Assembly: GCA_963772835.1 (NCBI GenBank) | Contig: CAVYYZ010000023.1 | Span: forward strand, 1-58,284 | Source of the DNA: an uncultured delta proteobacterium | GTDB lineage: Bacteria; Desulfobacterota; Desulfuromonadia; Geobacterales; Pseudopelobacteraceae | DNA: 58,284 nucleotides | Direction: 5' to 3' | Shown: in pieces, positions 17,936 through 27,843 of the stretch | Numbering within the stretch: position 1 is the stretch's first letter | Layout: every line of letters starts with the position of its first letter | Notes under the pieces: generated by a model | What the model was told of the DNA's origin: nothing | The model's database searches: none | What the model saw: only the letters and a program-made list of their open reading frames with translations | Position numbers and translations under genes: made by a program

Positions 17936-18039
17936 GACGTAATTTATCGGTTCATTATCAGGCCCGTTGTTTCCGCGTATTCAGAACATACTTCGTTGAC
18001 GCACGTACCATGCTTGAAAGGGCCAGGAGGTGGCCGACC

Positions 18040-20048
18040 ATGGCACAGGAATTGTTCTCCCCGGGTACATTGATCCTTGTCGCTACTCTGCTGGCCGCCG
18101 TTTCCGGTGTCCCGTTACTGTTCCCCCGTCTTGTGCGCGTCTCACACGCCCAGCTGATTTCAGTATTTTTGATGCTTGCAGCTTCGTGTATCGGACTGGC
18201 CGGTTCTGTTCAGTTTCTCCGGGCCGGCGGCTCTGTTATGTTTCAACTCCCCTGGACGCTTCCCTTCGGCCCGGCCCGGTTTGGTGTCGATTCCCTGTCG
18301 GCCTGGTTCCTTCTTCCCGTTTTTCTCGTCTCCGGCTGTGCCGCACTCTATGCGCGCTCCTACTGGCACGCTGATCACCATCTCACAAACGTTCGAAAAA
18401 TGACGTTCTTTTTCGGTCTGATGACCGCCTGTATGAGCGGGGTTGTACTGGCTCGTGACGCTATCAGCTTCCTGTTCGCCTGGGAGTTCATGGCGCTGTC
18501 CGCCTATTTTCTCGTTTCAACCGAGGACGAAAAGCCTGAGGTCAACGAGGCCGGCACCCTGTACATGATTACCACCCATACCGGGACACTCGCCCTGTTT
18601 GCACTCTTTCCGCTTTTGAATCTGCTGGGCGGTTCCTGGCTTTTCCCCGCACCCTCATCTCTTGATGCCGCTTCCGGTTTTTCTGCGGCTGTCTTTCTGA
18701 CCGCCCTGTTTGCCTTCGGTATGAAAGCCGGTATCATGCCGCTCCATATCTGGCTCCCTTCGGCACACGCCAATGCACCCAGTCATGTTTCGGCCGTTAT
18801 GTCGGGGGTGATCCTCAAAATCGGGGTGTACGGGCTGCTCCGGATACTCTCGTTCTTTCATGGTGTGCCGCTCTGGTGGGGGTGCTGTGTGCTGATCCTT
18901 GGGGTCGTTTCCGGGGTGATCGGCGTCGCCTTTGCGATCGGGCAGCATGATCTGAAGCGACTGCTGGCGTATCACAGTATCGAAAATATCGGCATTATCT
19001 TCATGGGGGTCGGGGTGGCGCTGGTAGGCCAGGCAACCGGCTCTGTCGTGATGATGCTGCTCGGCATGAGCGGGGCGCTGCTGCATGTACTCAACCATTC
19101 TATTTTCAAGGCGCTGCTCTTTCTGGGGGCCGGTTCGGTCATCCATGCCACCGGCACCCGTGACATCGATCTGATGGGGGGGCTGCCCGGCGCCTTCCGT
19201 ATACGGCGCTGCTGTTCGGTGTCGGATCGGTGGCTATCTGCGGCCTGCCTCCGCTCAACGGGTTTGTCAGTGAGCTGCTGATCTACCTCGGGTTTTTTCA
19301 GGGGATACAAGGGGAGGGGACTGCGGCCGCCGCGGCGGCGCTGGCTGCTCCTGCACTGGCACTGGTCGGAGGTCTGGCGGTCGCCTGTTTTGTCAAGGTG
19401 TACGGAATCGTGTTTCTGGGGACTCCCCGTTCGGAGGCCCATGCCGCACGGCATGAAGCCGGCTGGCAGATGCTGTTCCCGATGCTGCTGCTGGGGGTCC
19501 TCTGTCTTGCCGTCGGTCTGGCTCCCGGTCTGCTTGCCGGTCTGCTGGACAGCACAAGTCTGACGGTTCTGCCGGCACTGGTCCGGACCGGCGGAGTGAC
19601 GCTGCAGGAGCTGGTTCCGATGAAGATGATAACGCTTTCGGGAGTGGCTCTCCTCCTTCTGGCCGCGGTTGTTGCCCTCTGGTACCGCCGGCGTCTGGCA
19701 CGGACCCCCTGCGGCGAAGCCGGCACCTGGGGGTGCGGCTATCAGCGCCCTGCTCCCCGGATGCAGTACAGCGCTTCCTCGTTTGCCGAATTGCTGACAT
19801 CCCTTTTTGCCTTTGCCCTCAAGCCGCATATTTCCCGGACGGGCCGGATCTCCGGACTGTTCCCGGGGCCCTCCGGTTATTCCAGTCATGTTCCGGAAGC
19901 GGTTCTTGAACTGGTGTACATCCCGGCGCTGAAGCGGCTGTACGGGCGTTTTTCCGGATTCCGCAAGCTGCAGAGCGGCATTTTGCAGCAGTATGTTTTC
20001 TACTCTCTGTTCACCCTTATTGTATTGCTGTTAGCCAGCTACCTCTGA
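18040..20048 (+). CDS. ehrA: Ehr complex antiporter-like membrane subunit A-1 (HyfB/NuoL-like); single-base frameshift near 19185
   Basis: WEFM, KAGIMPLHIWLPSAHANAPSHVSA, DLKRLLAYHSIENIG and GLPPLNGFVSE. Adding one G after CTG at about 19185 joins the two ORFs (MGGLARRLPY). Confidence 0.9.
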
Positions 20049-20080
20049 CCGCACGATAAAACATACCGGGAGGCGGCGCC

Positions 20081-21160
20081 ATGATTCAGAACGGTACTAT
20101 TCATGAACAACCTATCGCAACGCGCATCAACTGGGTTTTTGATCTGGCGCAGCGATACTCGGCCGAGTTCTGTTCTCCCGAATCCTTCCTCGCCAGAGAG
20201 CGGTATCTTGCCCTGCACCCGACCGCCATTGCCGTCATGAAATGCATGGACGGCCGGATCAATATTCCGGTTGCCACCAATACACCTCCCGGCATTATCC
20301 AGCCGTTCCGCAACCTGGGTGGGATGTTCGACATGGGGTGGCCCCATCTGGGGGAAGTGCTGGCTCAGTACGTCCAGCGCATGGTACGGAGCGGCCGACG
20401 GGTTCTGATTCTGATCACCTACCACTTTTCCCGCGGTGATATCCACCGGGGCTGTTCCGGGTTCGGCTGTGATACTGAAGCGGCCATTGCCCACACGCGC
20501 CAGATCAGGCGTCAGATGGAAGCGATCTTCGGTGCCGCCCATGACAGCGTCTATCCTCTTATCTGCGGTTTCGAAACCGATGAAGATGCCCTGCTGCTGC
20601 ACAGCCCCGACGGGAGTGTTCTGGACCTCTCGGCCTGCGCGTCAGCTGACGGGCTTGCCGCAGAGCTGGCGCTCCGTTTCCAGGACATGTCCCATGAAAT
20701 GAGAGGGGATCTCCTGCCGCTGCTGGCAGGCAATCTGTCTCATATCAGGGGGCTGCGTCTGGAACGGCGTGCACTCATCGTCGAACATCGTGAATGGATG
20801 ATCTGCCTGGGGCGCGGATTCGACTTTTTCCATACCCCTAACCTGGCGCTGATTATCGGACCGTACAGCCCCGATCTGGCCGATCCGATCCGCAAGGCGG
20901 CGTCGATTATCGAAACTAATATGGCGGAGGGGAGGATCCCCGATGACGGGTTTCTACTGTTCGCCTCGGTGCCGTATGATGAAATCGGGGTTGACCGCGC
21001 CCGGGCAGTCATGAAATCACAGTTTCTCTCCATGTTTGCCGCCGAAGTGATAGAGCGCGAGTTTCCCGGTCTGGCCGGGAAGATGATCCGCCGTACAGCA
21101 GTGCTTGACTGGAATTCGCGCCGGATTGAGGCGCTGAATGAAGCGGACGGGGAGAACTGA
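20081..21160 (+). CDS. CsoSCA-like (beta-class) carbonic anhydrase domain protein
   Basis: KCMDGR (Cys-x-Asp-x-Arg), RNLGG, YHFSRGDIHRGC (His..Cys with long spacing) and C-terminal HxE..I.LGxGFD..N.A, as in carboxysomal CA. Confidence 0.75.
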   Translation: MIQNGTIHEQPIATRINWVFDLAQRYSAEFCSPESFLARERYLALHPTAIAVMKCMDGRINIPVATNTPPGIIQPFRNLGGMFDMGWPHLGEVLAQYVQRMVRSGRRVLILITYHFSRGDIHRGCSGFGCDTEAAIAHTRQIRRQMEAIFGAAHDSVYPLICGFETDEDALLLHSPDGSVLDLSACASADGLAAELALRFQDMSHEMRGDLLPLLAGNLSHIRGLRLERRALIVEHREWMICLGRGFDFFHTPNLALIIGPYSPDLADPIRKAASIIETNMAEGRIPDDGFLLFASVPYDEIGVDRARAVMKSQFLSMFAAEVIEREFPGLAGKMIRRTAVLDWNSRRIEALNEADGEN

Positions 21161-21205
21161 CGGAGTGCTGATTACTCCATGCCCCGTAATTGTGACAGTT
21201 TTTGA

Positions 21206-21234
21206 TTGACACGTATACACGCAGGGTTCACTAT
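21206..21234 (+). promoter_or_regulatory. Candidate sigma70 promoter for ehrA-2..ehrS
   Basis: TTGACA-N17-CACTAT in the intergenic gap. Confidence 0.45.
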
Positions 21235-21304
21235 TTCCCTCCGCCGGAGGTGTGGGTGCCTGTCTCATCTTTCCTGCCGGGATCTGTTCCAAGGAGTCTT
21301 TTGC

Positions 21305-23302
21305 ATGTATTCCGCATTGCAGGGCATTTTTGATCCTGCACTCGTGGCGCTCACCGCCGCAATAGTTACCGGCTGCGCCGGCATTCCCGGCCTGTTCCTT
21401 CGAAAGCCGGGCACCGGTCAGATTATATCAGCGGTAACGACCATTCTTGCCTCCCTGGCCGGCGTATCGGCCTCCCTGCTGCTCCTGTTCAGTCACACGA
21501 CAACAACCTACCTGCTTGAATGGAGCCTGCCGTTCGGCCCGTGCGAGCTGGTCATTGATCCCCTTTCAGCCTTCTTTCTTGTACCGCTCTTTCTGGTTGC
21601 CGGCGCCGGTTCCCTTTTTGCGGTCGGATACTGGCCGGCGGCAGGGCACCGCACCACTGAACGCGGCCTGACATTCTTCTACGGGGTGCTGGCATCATCA
21701 ATGGCGATTCTGCTCACCGCCCGCAACGGGGTTTTCTTTATCATGGTGTGGGAGGTCATGGCACTTTCCGCCTACTTTCTGATTGTAATTGAGCACGAAA
21801 AGGAGGCTGTCCGGCGCGCCGGCATCGTCTATCTGATTGCGACCCACACCGGTACCGCGGCTCTTTTTGTCTATTTTTCACTGCTTGCGGCTCAAACCGG
21901 CTCGTTCCTGATGCCTGCGGGCGGATCTCTTTCGGCGCTCTCTCCCTATGCCGCGATCATTGCGCTGTCCGCTTTTGTCGGATTCGGTGCAAAAGCCGGC
22001 ATAATGCCGCTCCATGCCTGGCTTCCATCGGCTCATGCCAATGCACCCAGTCACGTTTCGGCGCTGATGTCGGGCGTCATGCTGAAGATGGGACTGTACG
22101 GTATCTTCCGTACGCTGACCTTTTTTCATGACCCGCCATTGCTCTGGGGGGCGGTGCTGACGGTGTGCGGAATAACCTCGGCGCTGCTGGGGATCGCCTT
22201 CGCGGTTGCCCAGCGCGATCTGAAGCGTCTGCTGGCCTGCAGCAGCATTGAAAACATCGGCATCATCACCACCGGCCTCGGAGTGGCGCTGCTGGGGGCG
22301 TCAAGTCACAACACCACGCTGCTGTACCTCGGTATGGCGGGAGCCCTGCTTCATATTCTTAATCACAGTTTCTTCAAACCGTTACTGTTTCTCGGCTCCG
22401 GAGCGATTATCCATGCTGCCGGTACCCGTGAAATGAATCTGATGGGGGGGCTCGGTAAAGGGATGCCGCGTGTCGCAGCGCTCTTTCTGGCAGGATCGGT
22501 CGCGATCTGCGGTATCCCCCCGCTGAACGGTTTTGTCAGCGAATTCCTACTGTATATCGGGTTTTTTACGCAACTGAACGCACACAGCCTGACCTATCTG
22601 GTGTTTCTGGCGCCACTGCTGGCGCTGGTAGGGGGGCTGGCCGTGATCGCCTTCACCAAGCTGTACAGTGCGGTATTCCTCGGTACCCCGCGCAGTGCCG
22701 CAGCAGATCATCCGCACGAAGCGGGGATATTAATGCTGGCGCCGATGTTTTTCTTTGCCCTGCTCTGCCTGCTGATCGGAGTTGTCCCGCAGCTGGCGCT
22801 CCGCCTGGTGTCACCCGCCATAGCGTCCTTTTATCCGCAGCTGCCGGTGACCGCTGTTTCCGCGGAGTACGGCGTCATACTTGGCAGAATATCCCTTTCC
22901 GGAGTCCTGCTGCTGACGGCTGCCGCCCTTGTGACGCTGCTCTGGAGGTGGCGTCTGGGGAAGGCACGGGTGACCTCCGCTCCGACATGGGGGTGCGGGT
23001 ATCAGGGCGGAACGTCACGTATGCAGTATGGCGCGACATCGTTCTCCGAGCTTGCCGTTTCCGTCTTCAATGGTATTATGCGCCAGCATGTCGAACGCCC
23101 GAATGTGACCGGCCTTTTTCCGAGAGGAGCCCGCTGCCGTGACATCCCGACCGAAACTCTTCTGGAGAGCGTCATCGCGCCGCTTTTCACTCTGGCCGGT
23201 GCCTTCTTCGCCTTATTGAGGCGTCTGCAGCACGGTCAGATGCATATGTATATGATGTATATCTTTGCCACCCTGTTTATACTGATGCTTTGGGCAAACT
23301 GA
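21305..23302 (+). CDS. ehrA: Ehr complex antiporter-like membrane subunit A-2 (HyfB-like)
   Basis: Same motif set as A-1. AAGGAG RBS before ATG 21305. Confidence 0.92.
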   Translation: MYSALQGIFDPALVALTAAIVTGCAGIPGLFLRKPGTGQIISAVTTILASLAGVSASLLLLFSHTTTTYLLEWSLPFGPCELVIDPLSAFFLVPLFLVAGAGSLFAVGYWPAAGHRTTERGLTFFYGVLASSMAILLTARNGVFFIMVWEVMALSAYFLIVIEHEKEAVRRAGIVYLIATHTGTAALFVYFSLLAAQTGSFLMPAGGSLSALSPYAAIIALSAFVGFGAKAGIMPLHAWLPSAHANAPSHVSALMSGVMLKMGLYGIFRTLTFFHDPPLLWGAVLTVCGITSALLGIAFAVAQRDLKRLLACSSIENIGIITTGLGVALLGASSHNTTLLYLGMAGALLHILNHSFFKPLLFLGSGAIIHAAGTREMNLMGGLGKGMPRVAALFLAGSVAICGIPPLNGFVSEFLLYIGFFTQLNAHSLTYLVFLAPLLALVGGLAVIAFTKLYSAVFLGTPRSAAADHPHEAGILMLAPMFFFALLCLLIGVVPQLALRLVSPAIASFYPQLPVTAVSAEYGVILGRISLSGVLLLTAAALVTLLWRWRLGKARVTSAPTWGCGYQGGTSRMQYGATSFSELAVSVFNGIMRQHVERPNVTGLFPRGARCRDIPTETLLESVIAPLFTLAGAFFALLRRLQHGQMHMYMMYIFATLFILMLWAN

Positions 23303-23321
23303 CGTCCTGACTGGAGCCACC

Positions 23322-24230
23322 ATGACGAACAGTATCATACATATATTTCTGGCGCTCGTTATGCCGCCCCTGCTCCTGGGGGTAATCGGCAAAACGAAAG
23401 CGGCTTTTGCCGGGAGAGTCGGCGCGCCTTTTTTGCAGCCGTATTACGACATTCTCCGCCTGCTGCACAAAGGGACCGTGTTCAGTACGACTACCGGCTG
23501 GATTTTTCGTGCCGGTCCGATCGTCGCTCTGGCAACGACCGGGGTCGCCGCACTGCTGATTCCGTTTGGCGCGCATCCCTCTCCGATATCTTTTAACGGC
23601 GACATGATCCTGTACGCGTACCTGTTTGCCCTGGGTCGTTTTTTTACGATGGCGGCCGCTCTGGATACCGGCTCAAGTTTTGAAGGGATGGGATCGGCCA
23701 GAGAGGCGACCTACTCATGTCTCGCCGAACCGACCCTCTTTTTTGCCCTGATCACCCTGTCGCGGCTGTCCGGATCGTTTTCCCTCTCCGGGATGCTGGT
23801 CAACATCAATTTCAGTGTCTGGATGCACACCAGCGCAGCGCTGCTGCTCCTGGTCGGCGGGATGTTTATCGTGCTGCTGGCCGAAAACTGCCGCATTCCG
23901 TTCGACGACCCCAACACACACCTGGAACTGACCATGATCCATGAAGTCATGGTGCTTGATCACAGCGGCCCGGCTTTTGCGATCATTCAATATGCCGCCG
24001 CGCTCAAGCTGTTTGTGCTGGGAGCCTTTTTTGTCCATCTGGCGCTGCCGTATTCAACCGGCAACCCTGCTCTTGACTGGGGGCTTTTCATCATCTCCAT
24101 GCTGGAGCTGGCCGTAGTCATCGGAATTGTCGAATCGGTTATGGCCCGTCTTCGTCTGATCCGGATTCCGCAACTGCTTGTGGCCGCCACCATTCTGGCG
24201 GCGTTTTCTACCTTGCTTGTGATCAGGTGA
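23322..24230 (+). CDS. ehrB: Ehr membrane subunit (HyfC/HycD/NuoH-like)
   Basis: GRVGAPFLQPYYDILRLL.K, FEGMGSARE and ENCRIPFDDP.THLELTMIHE. Confidence 0.92.
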   Translation: MTNSIIHIFLALVMPPLLLGVIGKTKAAFAGRVGAPFLQPYYDILRLLHKGTVFSTTTGWIFRAGPIVALATTGVAALLIPFGAHPSPISFNGDMILYAYLFALGRFFTMAAALDTGSSFEGMGSAREATYSCLAEPTLFFALITLSRLSGSFSLSGMLVNINFSVWMHTSAALLLLVGGMFIVLLAENCRIPFDDPNTHLELTMIHEVMVLDHSGPAFAIIQYAAALKLFVLGAFFVHLALPYSTGNPALDWGLFIISMLELAVVIGIVESVMARLRLIRIPQLLVAATILAAFSTLLVIR

Positions 24231-24234
24231 TTAC

Positions 24235-24876
24235 ATGATTACTCTGGCCGATCAATTACTTGTCCTGGTGCTGCTGATCAATTTTATCTCTCTCGGCACC
24301 AGCCGTCTGATTTTCTCCATCCGTGCGGTGGCGGTTCAGGGTGTTATCCTGGGGATTCTGCCCGGACTTATTCACCCGTTTTCCTGGCATCTGGTCGGAA
24401 TAACGGTTGTAATAATCGCGGTCAAGGGTTTTGTCATCCCTCTGCTGCTCGGACGCGCAGTCCGGTCCGCGGAGATCAAGCGCGAAGTGGAACCGTTTCT
24501 GGGGTATGTCCCGACGCTGCTGCTCGGCGCACTTTTTACGGCTCTTTCATTCGGTTTCGCCGGAAAGCTGCCGATGCTCCCGGAACATCAGAATTATATG
24601 TTTGTCCCGGCTTCGATAGCGACACTGATGACCGGTTTTCTGCTGTTGACAACGCGCCGCAAGGCGATTTCCCAGGTTATCGGGTATCTTGTCCTTGAGA
24701 ACGGCATCTTCATCTTCGGTCTGCTGCTCGCGGAGGCGATGCCGATCATGGTTGAAGCGGGAGCCCTGCTGGATCTGCTGGTCGGCACTTTCGTGATGGG
24801 AATTGTCATTAACCAGATCAGCCGTGAGTTCTCTTCTCTGGATACCTCACTTCTGACCTCCCTGAAAGAGGAGTAG
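24235..24876 (+). CDS. ehrC: Ehr membrane subunit (HyfE-like)
   Basis: AVQG, VKGFVIP.LL, RRKAISQVIGYLVLENGI and LD..L..LKE. Confidence 0.9.
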   Translation: MITLADQLLVLVLLINFISLGTSRLIFSIRAVAVQGVILGILPGLIHPFSWHLVGITVVIIAVKGFVIPLLLGRAVRSAEIKREVEPFLGYVPTLLLGALFTALSFGFAGKLPMLPEHQNYMFVPASIATLMTGFLLLTTRRKAISQVIGYLVLENGIFIFGLLLAEAMPIMVEAGALLDLLVGTFVMGIVINQISREFSSLDTSLLTSLKEE

Positions 24877-24880
24877 TCGC

Positions 24881-26314
24881 ATGTTTGCCACACTGATCAT
24901 CCTCCCGCTCATCGGAGCCGTTGTAACCTGGCTGATCCCGTACGATCGACTGCGCCCCAAGGTCCTGTCTCTTTTTACCTTTGCGCATCTGGGCATGACC
25001 ATCAACATGATTTCGTTCACTCCTCCCGAATCGCCCGGTGGCTGGTTTCACCTGGATTCACTCGGGAAAATTGTACTGCTAAGTACAAGCATCCTCTTTC
25101 TGACCTGCTCAATCTACTCGATCGGGTATCTCTATTACCGCCGTGAACGTTCAAACCGGGTGATGTGCGTCGGCCTTCTGATCTGTCTGTCGGCCGCTTC
25201 ACTTGTCACCATAACCCACCATCTGGGGCTCATGTGGGTGGCGCTTGAAACCACGACTATTTCGATGGCGCCGTTGATTTATTTCAATCGTAACGCCCGC
25301 TCTATCGAAGCGACCTGGAAATTCCTGTTGATCTGCTCTGTCGGGGTTGCCCTGGCATTACTCGGCCTCTATTTTCTCGCATACTCCACAATTGTCGCAG
25401 GAGTTGAACCGTCACTGCTTCTTGATGATCTTGTCCGGGATGCCGGGAAACTTTCATCAGGCTGGATTCATGCCGCTTTTGTCTTTCTGCTGGTCGGTTT
25501 CGGCACAAAGATGGGGCTTGCCCCGCTCCATACCTGGAAACCGGATGCGTACGGCGAAGCACCCGGACTGGTTGGTGCCCTGCTGGCCGGCGGATTGGTA
25601 AATCTGGCTTTTTTAGCCCTGCTGCGCGTTTATCAGATCTGCCTGGCGACTAAAGAGATCACTTTTTTTCAAAATGCCCTGATTGTCATGGGGCTGGTTT
25701 CCATGATCGTCGCCGCTGTTTTTATGGCGCGTCAGGCCGATTTTAAACGGATGCTTGCCTATTCCAGCGTCGAGCATGTCGGCATCATGGCGGTAGCACT
25801 CGGTCTGGGCGGCAAAGCGATCTTCGGCGTGGTATTCCATATTCTTGCCAACGGACTTACAAAGGGGATTCTGTTTCTCTCCTCCGGAAATATTCATCGT
25901 TCCTACAACAGCAAGAGCACCGACCATGTCAGGGGGGTCCTGCGCCGGCTCCCCTGGTCGGGCGGCCTCTTTCTTGCCGGGTTTATCGCCATCACCGGGT
26001 CGCCGCCGTTTGCCCCCTTTATCAGTGAATTTACCATTATCAGCAGCGCGTTCTCCCAGGGGCGCATGCTGATTGCCGCACTTTTTCTGACATCCCTGGC
26101 GGCCATTTTTATCGGTATGGCGTTGACGGTTCTGCCGATGGTTATGGGCGAGGCCCCCTCTGACAGCGAGACAACCATGTATCGCGATACGATCTGGACC
26201 GTCGGGCCGCCGTTGTTTCTTCTGCTGCTGGTGTTTCTGCTGGGGGTATGGATACCGGCTCCGCTGATGACCCTTCTGCGTGATGCTTCGACTCTGCTGG
26301 AGGTGCATCCATGA
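24881..26314 (+). CDS. ehrD: Ehr antiporter-like subunit (HyfF-like)
   Basis: EATWKF, GFGTKMGLAPLHTWKPDAY.EAP and KRMLAYSSVEH. Confidence 0.92.
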   Translation: MFATLIILPLIGAVVTWLIPYDRLRPKVLSLFTFAHLGMTINMISFTPPESPGGWFHLDSLGKIVLLSTSILFLTCSIYSIGYLYYRRERSNRVMCVGLLICLSAASLVTITHHLGLMWVALETTTISMAPLIYFNRNARSIEATWKFLLICSVGVALALLGLYFLAYSTIVAGVEPSLLLDDLVRDAGKLSSGWIHAAFVFLLVGFGTKMGLAPLHTWKPDAYGEAPGLVGALLAGGLVNLAFLALLRVYQICLATKEITFFQNALIVMGLVSMIVAAVFMARQADFKRMLAYSSVEHVGIMAVALGLGGKAIFGVVFHILANGLTKGILFLSSGNIHRSYNSKSTDHVRGVLRRLPWSGGLFLAGFIAITGSPPFAPFISEFTIISSAFSQGRMLIAALFLTSLAAIFIGMALTVLPMVMGEAPSDSETTMYRDTIWTVGPPLFLLLLVFLLGVWIPAPLMTLLRDASTLLEVHP

Positions 26315-27831
26315 GTTTCGGCTTGAAAACCTTTTATAACGGCACCTCCTTTAACCGGAGTGACATCCCGATGCCGGATAATGACACCTTCTTTCAGGGC
26401 GTTCTGGATTCTATTTCGGCGGGATGGCGGGTCTGCTCCTATTTCGGCGTCCCGAATTCTGCCGGGGCGACGCTGTACTGCGTTATGTCGGCCCGGGCCG
26501 GGAGCGGCACACTCGGAATTGTCGCCACAACCGTAGGGAGGACCTTCCCGTCTCTGGCGAAGCTCTGCCCACAGCTGCACCTCTTTGAACGTGAGATTGC
26601 GGAGCAATGTCTGACCCGCCCGGAAGGGCACCCCTGGTTCAAGCCGGTTCGATTTCAAAAGCCGCTCTGCGACGGCGATGGATTCTGGAGCGGGAGCGAC
26701 GGCGGCGGCCTGCTGCCGGGCGTGATGAACTTTTACCGCGTTGAAGGGGATGAAGTACACGAAGTTGCGGTCGGCCCGGTACATGCCGGTATCATTGAGC
26801 CCGGTCACTTTCGTTTTCAATGCCACGGAGAAGAGGTCTTCCATCTGGAAATAGCGCACGGATTTCAGCATCGCGGAATCGAGAAGGCGCTGATCGGCGG
26901 CCCGGCGCCCCGGACGATGCATCAGATGGAAACGGTTGCCGGCGATACAACGGTGGGGCATGGAATGGCCTACTGCATGAATATGGAATCGCTGGGGGGG
27001 ATCTATGCCTCCCCGCGTGCAGAAACGGTGCGCGGGATCGCCCTGGAACTGGAACGACTGGCCAATCATACCGGGGATCTCGGTGCGATTGCCGGAGATG
27101 TCGGCTACCTGCCGACCGCGTCGTTCTGCGGCCGGATCCGGGGTGATTTTCTCAATATGACCGCACTGTTGTGCGGAAGCCGTTTTGGCCGCGGGCTGCT
27201 CAGACCGGGGGGGATCGGGTATGACTGCGATGCCTCACTTGTTGATGAGCTGTACAATCGGCTGCAATCGGCACGGAACGACCTTGCAGGGGCGGTTCAG
27301 CTCCTCTGGGACACCCCTTCCGTTATGGCACGACTGGAAGACGTCGGGATGGTTTCCGAAGCCGACGCCCGCGAGATCGGCATGGTCGGGCCTGCTGCGA
27401 GAGCGTGCGGATTGAACCGGGATGTACGGCGCGACCATCCGTTCGGCATCTTCCGGATGAGCCAGATACCGGTGATCACTGCTTCCACTTGCGACGTTGC
27501 AGCACGCACACGGCTCCGCTGGCTGGAGGCCGAACGCTCAATGGATTTCATCGATGAACAGGTGCGTCATCTGCCGCGCGGCGGTTACCGCAATCTGCCG
27601 AACGGCATGGCTTCCGAGCGCTGCGCTGTTGCACTTACCGAGGGGTGGCGCGGTGAAATCTGTCATGTCGCCCTGACTGACGACACGGGATGTTTTGAAC
27701 GTTACAAGATTGTTGACCCTTCATTTCATAACTGGAACGGGCTTGAGCTTGCCCTGCGCGGTCAGCAGATTTCAGATTTTCCGCTCTGCAACAAGAGTTT
27801 TAACCTGTCGTACTGCGGTTTTGATTTGTAA
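26311..27831 (+). CDS. ehrL: Ehr large subunit (HyfG/HycE/NuoCD-like) lacking Ni-binding cysteines
   Basis: GPVHAGIIEPGHFRF, HRGIEK, ELERLANH and EGWRGE. The L1 site reads ETVAGD and the L2 site reads SFNLSYCGFDL. Confidence 0.9.
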   Translation: MSFGLKTFYNGTSFNRSDIPMPDNDTFFQGVLDSISAGWRVCSYFGVPNSAGATLYCVMSARAGSGTLGIVATTVGRTFPSLAKLCPQLHLFEREIAEQCLTRPEGHPWFKPVRFQKPLCDGDGFWSGSDGGGLLPGVMNFYRVEGDEVHEVAVGPVHAGIIEPGHFRFQCHGEEVFHLEIAHGFQHRGIEKALIGGPAPRTMHQMETVAGDTTVGHGMAYCMNMESLGGIYASPRAETVRGIALELERLANHTGDLGAIAGDVGYLPTASFCGRIRGDFLNMTALLCGSRFGRGLLRPGGIGYDCDASLVDELYNRLQSARNDLAGAVQLLWDTPSVMARLEDVGMVSEADAREIGMVGPAARACGLNRDVRRDHPFGIFRMSQIPVITASTCDVAARTRLRWLEAERSMDFIDEQVRHLPRGGYRNLPNGMASERCAVALTEGWRGEICHVALTDDTGCFERYKIVDPSFHNWNGLELALRGQQISDFPLCNKSFNLSYCGFDL

Positions 27832-27843
27832 ATTGGAGCCAGT

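Noticed and set aside
21158..21180. Fluoride-riboswitch-like GCTGATTACTCC upstream of ehrA-2
   Set aside because: It lacks the 5' GATGG..TTCRCC pseudoknot part and is only a short GGAGT/ACTCC hairpin.
25903..27069. Long antisense ORFs (also 33521..35119, 48352..49437, 18972..19889, 42435..43187)
   Set aside because: They are shadows of well-supported genes on the opposite strand and show no motifs.
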